Part shown: piece after piece, positions 10,320 through 23,021 of the stretch
How the letters are laid out: each line of letters starts with the position of its first letter
Position numbering within the stretch: position 1 is the first letter of the stretch
Assembly (NCBI GenBank): GCA_010093605.1
Contig: MU004198.1
Coordinates: 64,726 to 128,725 of the forward strand
DNA: 64,000 nt
Origin: Lophium mytilinum
Taxonomy: Eukaryota
Reading direction: 5' to 3'
Position numbers and translations under genes: made by a program
The notes under the pieces: generated by a model
Databases searched by the model: none
Seen by the model: only the letters and a program-made list of their open reading frames with translations
Told to the model about the DNA's origin: nothing

Positions 10320-11249
10320 ATGGAGCGCACACGACATACCAGTCCGGATGACGACGTTCTACTGTTTGATGTTGAAATCAGAGATAGTTACGAGGCTAAA
10401 TTTGCAGATCATCAAAAGCTGATCCAGGATAAGTTGGCTGCCTCCCAAAGATTGCGCAGCCTCCGTCCTAATCGTGCGGAGATAGATGCAGGTCTCGCTG
10501 AGATCTCTAGTCGTGACACGTCTGAAAGGTTAAGTAAAGTAATGAAGGTTCTCCAAGACTTTCCTGGTCCATGGGAGCCGAAGCGCCGAAAGGCGGCTGA
10601 TACTACTGCTGACACAGACGAGGTCATGTTTGACGTTGGTGGTGAACAGGTCCCTTTGGGCGAGGAGCTGCACCAGCAACTCGCACAGGCGAGCCCAACG
10701 GCGTCGAGGGATCAGTCGCCGACCAAAGCTGGAGGTAAGTCTCAGAAGAAGAAGGAATGGCCAACGCTGGTTCCGTACAACGCTTCTTCGCCAGACTTGC
10801 TTGTCCCCGAGGGATTCCAGCTTATGCTCCTTGTCAAAGGCGATCTGGAGACGGGAGAGATGCGGAGGTTCGAGGAGCTGCCCGATGACACGCAGCTTGC
10901 TCTGTTGAGCATCCTCCAGCCTTCCTTCCACGCAGAAGGATACAGTATATTCTTCAAGTCGGACCCGAAGGACGTGTGTCTCTACCGGAGAATGTTCACA
11001 AGGATGAAGGCATCCAAGTGGCAGAAGGACGACCATGATGCGGTTTGCGAAAACTGCATCTATGCGCGGAGGCCCTGTGTACGTTTGGTCTCGGAGGGGG
11101 AGAAGACGAAGAAGGGCTACGCCACTGGCGGAAAGCTCGTGTTTACTCCCCTTCTTCCAAAGTACAGGCCTGGCGTGGAGAGATGGGAACGGGAGGAATA
11201 CTGGTGTCTGAAGGAGCATATCTCGGCAACACGATCTTCAGGTTTTTGA
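10320..11249 (+). CDS. Hypothetical protein (309 aa) with a C-terminal Cys cluster (C...W...CxxC...PC)
   Basis: Intact ORF divergent from 10087; contains CLYRRM...KW...VCENCIYARRPCVRL; KRRK is a possible NLS. Confidence 0.7.
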   Translation: MERTRHTSPDDDVLLFDVEIRDSYEAKFADHQKLIQDKLAASQRLRSLRPNRAEIDAGLAEISSRDTSERLSKVMKVLQDFPGPWEPKRRKAADTTADTDEVMFDVGGEQVPLGEELHQQLAQASPTASRDQSPTKAGGKSQKKKEWPTLVPYNASSPDLLVPEGFQLMLLVKGDLETGEMRRFEELPDDTQLALLSILQPSFHAEGYSIFFKSDPKDVCLYRRMFTRMKASKWQKDDHDAVCENCIYARRPCVRLVSEGEKTKKGYATGGKLVFTPLLPKYRPGVERWEREEYWCLKEHISATRSSGF

Positions 11250-11746
11250 ATCCACATTGGCAACCCATGTGGATTCAATCGTGAAAGCAATCATTTACGA
11301 TAGAACTAGATCCCGAGATCTCCCAAGATGGTCCTGAAGCCGCTTTGGCATTCCAAGTGGTTTCAATTGCGAAACAAACTTTTGCTAGGACAGCCAGAGC
11401 ACGGACATAGTCAAGAATAGAAGCTTAGTGATTTTCAACCTTTTGCGACCGTTCAGCGTAGAGCTTTTGACAGTGATCTTTGCAGCTCTGTCATCATAAC
11501 CCGCACTTTCAATTCTTCGTCGATGAAGACGGATGAAGATCCCATCCGCTAATTCTCGCAGAGCTTGAGAAGCGAGCCAGTCGTCAACAAGGACCCCCGT
11601 TCCTTTTTTATCGCGTGTTTGTCATAGTCATTACCCCCGCTCTGACGCCGTCTGAGGTGCCCTCACAAGCTCTCCGACCGTCCAGACTGTAACATATCTG
11701 GTTTTAGCAAACAGCACGGGGCACCCCAGACAGTGGCATGAAGTGG

Positions 11747-11843
11747 TGCTCACCGTTCACGATCCCGCATATAAGCATATTTGTTTTGAATTTATTGTCT
11801 TGCTGCATCATCGTACATTGATTCGCCGCCCTGTGCGCCCGCT
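11747..11843 (+). repeat. Direct repeat, copy B (partner at 1579-1702)
   Basis: See copy A; lies at the boundary between the island and conserved genes. Confidence 0.85.
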
Positions 11844-12426
11844 CCCACGCCGCTAAGCCAACGCGACACGTCGCTGAGCCAGAAGAGCATGCAGAGGCTG
11901 GAGACGGCTCGAAACGGCCAAACACCGAAAACCCAAATTCCCAGAAACATGTGCCGCCCATACGCCCATCAGAACGCCTCCTTCCCGATTGCCTGACAAA
12001 ATGTGGGGAAGCAGACCAGGGCCTGCCACCGATCGACCAAGGGGACCGCGGCCACCACCAGAAACGTGCAGCGTGGGTTTGAGACATGAGGAGACCAGGC
12101 CCACCCATGCCACCTCAACCAAAAGACCTGAGGTGACTCCGATGCTCACTTCGTGACCGCCTGTCCGCCGAGGAAAGAATTGAAGGAAAAGAAAGAAAGG
12201 GAATTATGAGAAAGCACACCGCTTGTTGCAACCAATGAAGTATACAGGAAAAAAAGCAAAAGCAGGCCCGAAGAACTTTTCGCTCTGCAGCCTACGATGC
12301 TGAGGGAGCTGTCGTCATCACCCGTACCTGAATCATACCCGAAGCGGAACGACATGGACATCGTCCTGCACGTGATGCATCAGTCAGAGGGAATCGTAAG
12401 AAAAAAGAAGAGGTGAGAGATGCCGC

Positions 12427-14860
12427 TCAAAAAGCATCTTCGTCGGTCCATCCAGCCTCGCTGCCTTCCACGCGCACGAGCTGGCCGCCTTCGCCTTCCA
12501 TCATCGTCTGCGGGACTCCGTTGCCTCGAAGTTTCTTGCCTAGCCCCCCACGGGGCGAAGCATAGCCACCATCCGGAGTAAATCTCTTTCGCGCTTGTTG
12601 TTGTTTCTGGTAGTTGAGGTATTCGTCCTCGGACTCGTCATCGTGAGAGCATGTCTCCCAGTTTTCCGATCCAGGCGCTGTATTGGCGGTGGATGCCGAC
12701 GATGTTGCTGAGATCTGTCTGCTGGGGGGCGCCCGCGGGGGATACCCGTGCTCATGGTACTGCTGCGTGCGGGCTATTTGCGCGGTTGACATGTAAGTGC
12801 GGTCATCGTAGACGTCCTCTGGCTGTACATGGCGAACGATGCTGCCGCTGCGATCTGAGTTGTATGAATACGGATTCACTGGCGTCTCTGCGGGTACTGG
12901 CGGGGGTGGCATGAAGAGGTCCTTCATCTTTGGTGGCGGAGCACGTGGTGGTCCCATCTTCCGAATCGTCGACTCATCCCTCTCCTGGCGTGGCTGACGT
13001 TCCGGCGAGTTATTGCCATGCGGCATGTTCTTCAAGGGTGCGCGTGCCGGAATCCTAGACGGGCTCTTGTTGCCACCCGTTCCAACCTGAGTGATCGAGT
13101 TGGGAAGAGGGTTCCGCGATACACTCATCGCGAAACTATTCGCAGTCGGTGTCTTCGCCCTGGCGGACTGTTGAGGTCCACGAACCGAATTGCCCCGGCT
13201 GGGTGGTGCTGACTTTGCTGATTTGGGTGCCGTCTGAGGTGCAACTGACGGTGTCTTTGACCTAGGAGGTGCCGGCTTGGATGCAGCTGCGTAGAGCTCC
13301 TCGAGGTATCGCTGTCCATGGACCAGGAATGGCCGGCCGTACTCGTTCTCCCAGTTCTCAAGAGTCTTCCTCAGCTCAGCCTCCACTTTGGGCAACTCCT
13401 TGGCAATCCTCTTTCGCATCTTCTCCTCCCGAAGAAGTTTTCCGGGGTCACGCTTCTCGCCCTTCTGTCCTCGCGCCATTAGACGGGATGCATCCTGGCT
13501 GGAGGTCTGGAGGTCTTCGCGTTCCTTGACAAGCTCGCGGTGCCTGTCGATCATTTCCAGCGTAGGTAGACGTTGTTCCCGCAGGGCTTCCAATCGCGCA
13601 ATTTCGGCCTCGTGTGCGGAAAGAAGAGCATCGCTGTAGACATCTAGAACAGGTCAGAAGGGAAGATTTGTAAGTTTGGACTTAACATACCAGAGAAGGC
13701 AGGGGTGAAATCGAGCATCTCCTCCTCAGAGAAGTACAAGCTGTCCCAGAGTTCCTGGAGCTTGTATCTAGCATCTTCCACGAAAAGATGCAGATTCTGT
13801 CGCTTCAGCTCGTTCAGCCTAGCCAGCTCGTCCTCGTATTCGTTAATGGTCCTCATCCCACATCCACGATTCTTCGCCAGGAAGCCTCTACGTTCGTGCT
13901 CCGGAGTGCTCAGGCGTTCCCAGAGGTCCTCGATGGTGGCCCGAAGCTCCTTCAGTCGGCGCTCCCTACCCCGCTTCTCTTCGATGAGCTTATCCTTCCG
14001 AGCGCGGAGATTGAGCATGTCGTCTTTGCGGAGGCCGAGCTGTTCCGGGCAGTCACGCGCATACTTGAGGATCGCGGCATCGGTCTGGGCCTGTGGAGTT
14101 CCGAGCTCTGCCCAGAGGTGGATGATTTCGTCAGACATGACCCTGACTGTCTCGACGCGTCGCGTGTATTCGTCGTAAACACGGGAGAACTCGCGATCCA
14201 GTGAGGTGATATAGGGATCGGAGATATCGAAGGACGGAGATATAGGTGTATTCGGCGAGATGGGTGGGAGTTTGATCTGAACGAACGCCTCCTCGAGGTG
14301 GGAGGCGTAGGACTCGAGGGCCTCAACGAGCTCTGCGGAATATTAGCAAGAAACGTAGGAGATAGACTATGCATACGCACTCTTGACTTGCTCGAAGCGC
14401 TCGCGATGGAGCTTGCTCACGGTGTTATACTTCTCCTTGAGGTTTTGTAAACAGCGCGTCAACGGATATGTGATCTTGGAGTCCGAGTCGTCCAAATCGT
14501 AGGCGCTTTTCGATTTGCGATCGTCGAGGGAGGACTCCATCTGCTTGATGGTCTTGGACAAGCGGCGGGCTTCTTCGGTCATCTCATGTTTCTCACTAGG
14601 CGCAATATGATCAGCTTTGGTGTTTGCATGGGGGATGGCGGGACCTACTTGGTGACAACGCGCAGCTGATTGTGCAGAGTCTCGGATAGAGCAGAGAAGA
14701 GCTGTAGAGACTGTTAGCAAAGTCTTGCAGCCCGGCGCGGGTATAGTACCTCTGCTTCGCGCTGGTCCCTCTCATGGCTGGGGACGCCGATCTCGTCGAA
14801 GAGGCCATGCAGCTGGCCGATGATGGTGGTAACTTGCTGCGCCAAATAGCTGGTGTCCAT
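12427..14860 (-). CDS. ASE1: Microtubule-associated protein of the MAP65/ASE1/PRC1 family (multi-exon)
   Basis: MDTSYLAQQVTTIIGQLHGLFDEIG start; ELWDSLYFSEEE, KLLREEKMRKRIAKELPK and GRPFLVHG motifs; GT-AG introns. Confidence 0.92.
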
Positions 14861-15200
14861 GACTGCGGTGCCTGCCAGCGGCGGTGTCGACTCAATTGTT
14901 CATGCACTGTGGATCGGGTTTGAGGTTGAAGCGAGGAATGCGGTCGACAGTGACGAGGCCGGCGGAAAGGTAGAGATGGTGGGCGACACCAAGCGCGTCT
15001 CCAACGATGCCAAAATATTAAACTCCTGAAGGTGAAACGAAATGTGGAAAGGAAGATGGGTGCGCTGGAGATGGTGGGAGTGACGCTGGCAGGTGGTGGT
15101 GGATAGATGGAGGTCGACGATCATTTGTTGTGCTAATCGAAGTCGTTGCTGTGGAAACCAGGTAGCGCCGTAGGGCTGAAACTGCAACCTCTCGTGACAC

Positions 15201-15966
15201 CCGGATGCCTCACCATTAACCCTGAAGCCGACACCAGTCTAGGACGACTTCCGGCGCCTCGTGAATGGTTGAGAATTCCACTGAGGCATAGCGGGCCCGT
15301 TTGTGTCTGGCACGGTGGAAGTAACGATGGAGGAGGCATCAGGGGAGCCACGACCGGGAGATGATGGGATATCGAGATGGACAAAGCAAGCCGCAACTCG
15401 CAGATGTGGAACCAGAAAGAGAACTCTACGGCTGCAGCGGCTCCTACCCACACGTTCGGCTCTAGTGTTCTCGTTCTAGGGGGAAGACAAAACGCTTATA
15501 TGGTGACTAGGGGGCACAGATGGCGGCAAAATGAGGCGGCAACGAGACGGCACGGCAATTGGCGAGCAGAGGCAGACGGGCTGGAAGAAGAAGAGGAAGA
15601 AGATCGTGAGAATAAGGTTTTCTGCTATACAGAGAAAAGGCGCGTGGAAAGTGCCAAGAAATGAGGCCAACGTGCCTGCTTCATCCTCTAAACCCCAGGA
15701 AAATCACACTCCAGTGCCCGCTTGCACGCCTACCTAATGCTGCGTCTCTTACATGCTGTTCCGCCGAAGAAGAATTCCTGGCCGTTCGGGCGCCCAACTG
15801 CGGACCTTGCCCAATTTTTTTTGCCCGGATTGGAGCGGTGGTGGTGGAGTCCGGATGCCTCACCATCAACCCGAAGCCGACACCACTCTAGGACGACATC
15901 CGCCGCATCATGAATGGCTGAGCATCTCGTTGAGGGATGAAGGCACGCTTTGATCTGGCACGATGG
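15201..15966 (+). repeat. Two diverged ~116-bp direct copies (15201-15318 and 15851-15966)
   Basis: Both read CCGGATGCCTCACCATYAACCC..GAAGCCGACACCA.TCTAGGACGAC.TCCG...TGAATGG.TGAG...TCTGGCACG. Confidence 0.8.
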
Positions 15967-16049
15967 CTCGGGCTTCTCACAGCCCCTCAGGCGCCGCTCA
16001 ATTTGCCGCAAACGGTTGGTCAAACCGGTAGTGAAAGATCTTGTTGTGA

Positions 16050-17000
16050 TTACTATCTAGCCATTCATAGTACAACTACTCGTCATAGGGATCCGTACAC
16101 AGGTTCGCCACTGCTTGAGGAGCCTTATGGCGTTTTCATCATTCCAAATAAGACAAAGTACAGCATTTCGGACTACAAAACTCGCGAGGCTACGCCAGCC
16201 AGTCCTAAAATGATGTACGCAGTTTGAAAGTGTATCCGCTATCCCTGGTTTCTAATTTTACGTCAGAGCCCCTCAAACAAAGGTACGGAAGTGTACGGAT
16301 ATTTCTGGCAGGGCACTGTGTTAATAAGAAGCTTCCGGCTTCCTCTCCGTTCTCTTAATGTTTGGTGTTCTTTCATACTCCTCGGCCAGTTAGAACCTGC
16401 CGCCGCTTTCTCCAGTGTATGCAAGGTACAGTCCAAGCCGCAGCAAATGACATGGATAGGCCGGCAAGACATTGTTTGTTGTGACTCGTTTCCTGTACTC
16501 GGCGGAGCTCTTGACATCGCTAATATCACGTGACAGCTTCAAATTACTCCACCGCTCACAACCTTGAGTGTAAGACGGTGGGTTTTCTTTCTTCCATTCA
16601 GACTACACTTATACCTCGTCCTTCTTATTTCTCGGATGTTCCGAGTCGTAGTGCAGTTCCTTGGACAGCGTGTGCCTAACCTGGAGGCTGTCCACAAGCT
16701 CTCATGTCCACAAGGCTCTAAAGTCCGACAACCCAGGCACACACTTTCCTCGGTTTTCTCATTATAACTCAGTATGCCATCCGTTTACACTTGCCTTTGA
16801 AAGCAGTCGATTTGCCTGCGCACCATTCCCTGTAATAGTGTGTACATCTGCGAGCACAGTATTTACGACTGCGCGCATTAAAGTCTATGTCTAGACTATT
16901 TGGCAGACTTTAGACCCAAAGGCCAACTATCGGTGTCATTATTGACATATGGTAGAGCAATAACACGATATTGGTTGGAGGTCCTTCGGATTCTAGCTCC
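16050..17000 (-). pseudogene. Heavily degraded O-methyltransferase-like remnant
   Basis: Fragments in shifting frames (CQKYP, RIHFQ, WNDENAIRLLKQ) occur in the order expected for fungal class II OMTs; many stops. Confidence 0.3.
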
Positions 17001-17324
17001 GAACTTGCACGCCTTATCGGAGACATGGCTATCGCCATCTCTTACGTACAGCAGCGTCGCGACATAGCAATCGCAATTACCAGCTTTGATCAATTCTGTC
17101 GTCTCTCTATTGGCCTGGGACGAATTATGTCCTCGTATACAAGGGCTGACATCCAGATAAGAGGACAGAATATATGTAAGATGTCTACAATACAAACGGC
17201 GGACTTTTAACTCCGGTAGCGAACATCTCGATCGCTCCACAAGTTTGCTCCACCCAAGAAACAAACACTTGTCGTTCTCTCAATAGCTTTCTCCTTCATT
17301 CTTATTCCTCGTCATTCAACAGTT

Positions 17325-19598
17325 ATGACCACAGATCTTTCCGGGCGAAGTTCGCCCACCATCAACATGGCCGGGCCCCGAGCTGCATTGAATGTTCGAC
17401 CACATCCGCTACAGATTATTACAGAGCAAGAAATATCCCGCGCTAGGGTCATTGTCGGAAAGCTGGCGCAAAAGGAGGGTGCGTCTGGCGGAAGTGCTAC
17501 AATAATTCGGTACAAGAGCATCTCGCTCCATGAGCCTCCTAAGGCACTACTCTTGCCCTACCTTAATGCCGAAGCAGCTGGAAAACCAACATCAGAAAGG
17601 CCGTTTGTTCCGCGATGTCTAGCCGTAATCTGGAGCCCCGACAACGACCGCACCGTCATCGAGAGTAGCATAAGCTTGGACGCGAACCAAGAGATTGAGC
17701 GTTCAGGGATCGCAAAGGGCCAGCACGGCGCGATTGACAGAGGCGAAAACAAGCTAGCAATGGGCAAGATCCTTAACGATCCGCAAGTTCTGAAAGCTAT
17801 CAAGGGACTGCATCTCCCAGATGACGCTATTGTTCAAACCGACACATGGATGTACGGGACCGACAGAGACTCGGACATCGAGACGCACAAGTTCATGCAA
17901 TCTCTACTATATGCCCGCGCTCCGCACAATCACCCTGATAGCAATCAATACGCATTCCCGCTCCCTTTCTCGCCAGTATTTGACCTCTTCCTCGGAAAAG
18001 TGGTCCGCATCGACGACCTAGCCACTGGAGGCAAAGAAGACGGACTGGCCTATCATACGGCTCCTGAAAGGCCAATGGAGCACTGTGTCGAGAATGAATA
18101 TCACCACGACTTGCACAAAACGGCACCAAGGTCAGACCTGAAGCCGTTGAGAGTCCTGCAGCCAGAAGGCCCAAGTTTCAAGGTTTCAGACGGCAATTGC
18201 GTAGAGTGGCAGAAATGGCGCTTCAGAGTAGGCTTCAACTTTCGAGAAGGCATGACTATCCATGATGTGAGATACGCGGGACGTCCGTTATTCTACAGAT
18301 TGAGCGTCAGTGAGATGACAGTTCCCTACGGAGGTAGGTCCTGATATCTTCCTTCATCATAACTGCTCCCACATATATCTACCGATCATCTATGCCCCGA
18401 AAAAATGTCGTCCATATCTAAATGATCGCGGAGATCCTCGAGGGTACGATGCTAACGTAGCCCATCTCTAGATCCTCGCAGCCCCTTCCACCGCAAACAA
18501 GCCTTCGACATTGGCGACTGTGGGGCGGGAAGCGTCGCCAACAATCTAGCTCTTGGTTGCGACTGTCTAGGTAGCATATACTACTTCTCGGGCCATCTCA
18601 ACGACGAATCTGGTACTCCTATCCCCGCACCCAACGTCATCTGCATGCACGAACAAGACGCCGGAATTGGCTGGAAGCACACGAATCACCGAACCGGCAA
18701 CGCAGCAATCACCCGTGCGAGAGTTCTTGTCCTTCAGAGCATCATCACTGTCGGAAACTACGAATATATCTTTGCATGGCATTTCATGCAAAATGGTAAC
18801 GTCGAACTCGAGACACGCGCCACCGGAATTCTTAGCACCCATCTAATCGACGCTGGCAAGACATCCGAATGGGGAAACGTCGTTTCCCCCGGCGTCCTAG
18901 CACCAAACCACCAGCACCTCTTCTCTCTCCGTATCGACCCGATGCTCGACGGCCCCCTGAACACCGTCATCCAAGAAGAAAGCATCCCCGTCCCGCAATC
19001 CGAAGAAGAAAACCCACACGGCAATGCATGGCGTGTCGTGAAGACGCCCTTCGAGACTTCCGGCCACGCAGACGCCAATCCCCTCGCCAACCGCGTCTTC
19101 AAGATGGTAAACGAAAACGTCACCAACCCCATCTCCGGCAACCCCGTCGGCTACAAACTTATCCCCCAGCCCTGCCAGCTCATCCTCGCCGGCAACAACA
19201 GCGTCGTCCGCCGCCGCGCCCGCTTTGCAGAACACCATCTCTGGGTGACGCCCTACCGCGACCACGAGTTCTGGGCTGGCGGGAAGTGGACGAACCAGAG
19301 CTTGGACGAGGTGGATGGGGTGCGCGATTATGCGTCGCGAAGAGATGACGTCAGCAATAAGGATGTTGTAGTATGGACGACGTTTGGCATGACGCATAAT
19401 CCGAGGGTTGAGGATTTTCCGGTCATGCCGTGTGAGATTAGCACATTGAGGCTGACACCGGCGGATTTCTTTGAAGGTAATCCGGCGTTAGATGTGCCGA
19501 GGAGTGTGCAGGAGGTTAATGGGAGTGTATTGGTAAGGGATCCGGTTGTGAGTGGGGAGGTGAAGGTTGGGGGACATTGGAGCAGAGGGTTGCTGTGA
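17325..19598 (+). CDS. Copper amine oxidase
   Basis: TPQ consensus TVGNYEY, HQH copper ligands, AFDIG catalytic Asp, WQKWRFRVGFN and EDFPVMP; one intron at 18334-18471. Confidence 0.95.
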
Positions 19599-20025
19599 GA
19601 ATAAGGCGAAGCTGTAGAGAAGGGGATTTAGAATATGAAAGTTATTAGAAAGTAGAAATTAAGTTATACACCAAATGAGGATGCAAAATCATTCTCTAGG
19701 AAACTGTCCCATATTCTTCAGCACGATGTTCTTAACAGCGTCAACCCGCCTACCATCTCAAATATCGCCCTAAAGCGGTTAAAACCCCCGATATGCAACA
19801 ACGGTCCTATTATGGAGTCTAGCAGCCACCATGCAAGCAACGCGCATGTCCGCTCCCGACGCCCTGGTCGACGTCCCAATCCGTACCCCGCAACGCGACT
19901 ATCGCGTCCCCCACCTTTCGTTGATTTCGAATCTTTTCGAGTTATTCCAGTTTCCTTCTTTCAATCCTCAATTGTTTAAATCGTGATTTTGACAGAATCT
20001 ATCATTGGGTGAATTGATCTAAGAT

Positions 20026-21161
20026 ATGGGTAAAAAGCGTGTTCTCGTGGGCTACGGCATTGATGTAGATGCTGTGAGTAATCATATCAACACCACGGTT
20101 GGTGGGAAGGCGAATCTGTGTAATGTCTCGCGAGGTAAGTGCCCGGATCTCGTTTTGCTTTCGGAAGCTACAGGATTGCTGCTCTTCGCATTATGCATGC
20201 GAGGATTCAAGCTGATATATACATTAGGTGTTTTCGGAGCTACACGTGGTGTCGAGCGGCTGCTGGAGCTTTGGAAGCGAAACAACATCAAGACTTCTTG
20301 GTATATACCAGGACATACCATCGAGACCTTTCCGGAGGATATGGCGAAGATCAGAGATGCCGGACATGAGATGTGAGGATCCTTGATATGGATAAATTAG
20401 GAGTTCACTAACCTGAGTGGAACAGCGGCCTCCACGGATACACACATGAGTATGAACTCCACAACCCATCGTTTGAGACACAGAGTAGCTTCCTGACCTT
20501 CCCAAAAGATTTCCATCCGACCTCAGCAAAGAAAGCCTCGAAGCCATCCTCGTCAAAACCATCAAAATCCTCACCGACTTCTGCGGAAAAAAGCCCGAAG
20601 GTTTCACCTCCCCCGCCTGGAAAAATAGCCCCGACCAGATCAGCCTCCTCCAAGAGCTGGGCATAAAATATGGTCCGTCTTCCCTTCCCTTATCTCGCTC
20701 ACTCCTTATCGTCATCCCTAGACCACTCCTTCATGCACGACGACTTCCAAGCCTACTACGTCTCCACCGGCCGCGAAGAAGTCATAACCACCGACTACAA
20801 AAACCACCCAGACACATGGATGGTCCCCATGAAGCACGCCACCACCTCCGACGTCGTCGAGATCCCTGCCTCGTGGTGCTTGGACGACTGGCCGCCGTTC
20901 CAGTGGGACGCCGCGCGGCCGAATGCTCATGGGTACGTAGACCCGCATAGTGTGGAGCGCATGTGGAAGGAGCAGTTTGAGTGGTGTTATAGGGAGTATG
21001 ATACGTTTATCTTTCCGATGAGCATCCACCCGCAGGTATCTGGAAGGCCGCATATTTTGCTGATGCATGAGAGGCTGATTGAGTGGATTAATGGGCATGA
21101 GGGGGTGGAGTGGTGTACGTTTGGGGAGATGGCGAGAGAGTTTAGGGAGGGGAGGATTTGA
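20026..21161 (+). CDS. CE4 polysaccharide deacetylase family protein (PuuE/HpPgdA-like), about 5 exons
   Basis: IDVDA, WYIPGHTIETFP, GHEI-GLHGYTHE across introns, EIPASWCLDDWPP and IHPQVSGRPH. Confidence 0.88.
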
Positions 21162-21345
21162 GAGCGAGACGCCGCTGCGGCGCCCGTTCCTGCCTGTTAG
21201 CTTACTTACTCATCACGATACCGTATATCTATCTTTCCGTTGTAGCTAGCTTCCTCCCTCACTCATCAAACAGTACACTACTCTATTAGCCGCTGCTACG
21301 TGCACCTCACCTCACCGCCAACTTCAACCAGGCCCAACGAGAACA

Positions 21346-22094
21346 ATGACGCCAATCCGCCGATCGGACGGCCCAGGGGTCAGCAGCCATTCGACCCACA
21401 ACACCGTGGCTACATCTCTGCCACCCCCTGTGCATGCTAAGAGAAAAGCCACTCCATCGCCATCTGCGGTGTACTCACAGAAGCGACGGATTTTGGGGCA
21501 TCCAGCTGAGGTGGAGTCACCGCCGAGAGACAACGTTGAAGTCACGGACTCGGATGAGGGATCAAACTCTGGATCAGACGACAATGGCCGCCCCACCGAG
21601 ATCTTCGGAGCCACGACCCAATCGACAGAGAGCACATCTGATGGCCCGGCGGTCTGGACATTCCGCCTGGACAACCTCGCGCTTGTAGTTGAGCCTCTAC
21701 AGCTGGTAGCCGATGTGCTCGACGTGGAGGCACAACTAGCAATGTTGGAAGGCTACAAGGCGGGATGAAGGCAACCAAAGAGGGGAGCTGGGATTTTCGG
21801 CTCGACGGCATGCATTACGCGGTTTTGCATGGCACGGCCGTCGACCTGGTCGAACAACGACAAGCACGCGTGTGACTATTGTGTGGGTAAGGGCACGGCT
21901 TGCTGGCGAGTGGGAAAAGATAAAGATAGGGTCACACTAACCGCCTTACCCTTCCGTTGAAGTTTCGGAGCGGTAGTTCGGGCGACAATAGGTTCTAGGT
22001 GCAAGGATCTGAGGACGATGAGGATGAGAATGAGGTGGAAGAGGAGGGGTCCTCTGGAGACGAGGACAGTTCAGATGAGCAGGAATTGGACTGA
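21346..22094 (+). pseudogene. Disrupted paralog of the 10320 Cys-cluster family
   Basis: Beyond TGA 21766 the frame continues CITRFCMARPSTWSNNDKHACDYCVGKGTACWRV, then frameshifts to LPLKFRSG...RF*V and an acidic tail. Confidence 0.55.
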
Positions 22095-22149
22095 GTGATG
22101 CCGGCAAGAATCGGAGATGTGTTGAGTGTATTTGAAGGCAGAAATCAAG

Positions 22150-22900
22150 CAGCAACCGTCATATATCTTTACGTAGAACCAGTATATAGGGACTACAAGC
22201 CACGTTTGTAGTGACGCCCGGGGGCGCAGAAAAGCGACAGTTGAGCGAGGGGTACTTAGACGTCCAAGAGTTGATCTGCTTAGCTTTTTTCTTTAGTTCT
22301 AATAGGTAACCTTTGGTACCGCGACGAAGATTTAAGAATGGTTGGGTCGTCAAAACATCCTTGTCATTCTTCCAAGCTTCCTTCAATCTTCCTCAAATCC
22401 CACTCCAGTTCAAGACTACATGACTGAAGCTATAAGCTAGACGCCGCACTTTCCCCTGCACTAGAGTTACTATTTTATCTCCACGATAAAATTTGAAAGA
22501 GCTAAGCAAGAAAATGCTTTGCTTTTCAAGCTGGGTGTATTAACTCCCTAGCTAGCTCAAATCCCTCCTATGAGCACTACTAACTTACATGGATTCTCCT
22601 CAAAAAAGTGAAATTAGCCCTTCTTTTGATGTACGGCAGTTATTTTGAGTCATTGCATTTTAGATCTTGATTCAAGGTAGTCTTACTTGTAGCAGGGTAA
22701 TCTAGAGGGACTAGATCGTGCGTAATGTAACTATTAGAGAGCACACTTAGGCTTGCTTAGTGGCCTGGGTAACAATCTATTAAGAATTAGTAATATTAAG
22801 AGAACAAAGAATGCATAGCTAACTTACCTGCGATGATTGCTTTATAAACTGTAAAAGCATGTTTGCGGGAAGATGGAACGACAGATGACATGAGTAGAGG
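22150..22900. other. AT-rich, TpA/CTAG-rich degraded sequence (likely RIP relic)
   Basis: Clear drop in GC, abundant TAG/CTA/TAA and no long ORF. Confidence 0.45.
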
Positions 22901-23021
22901 AAATACTGCAGGTTAAAAGTCTAATTCTAAAAGATAGGCTATGCAGCCGTGGTATCATCATAATTATCGTAAAGGGTTTCTAAAACTCCAGCCGCTGAAC
23001 TCTAACGCTCTCTATAACGCT

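Noticed and set aside
1579..11843. Starship or LTR retrotransposon
   Set aside because: No tyrosine-recombinase captain, reverse transcriptase or integrase is recognisable; the repeats are short and lack TG...CA LTR structure.
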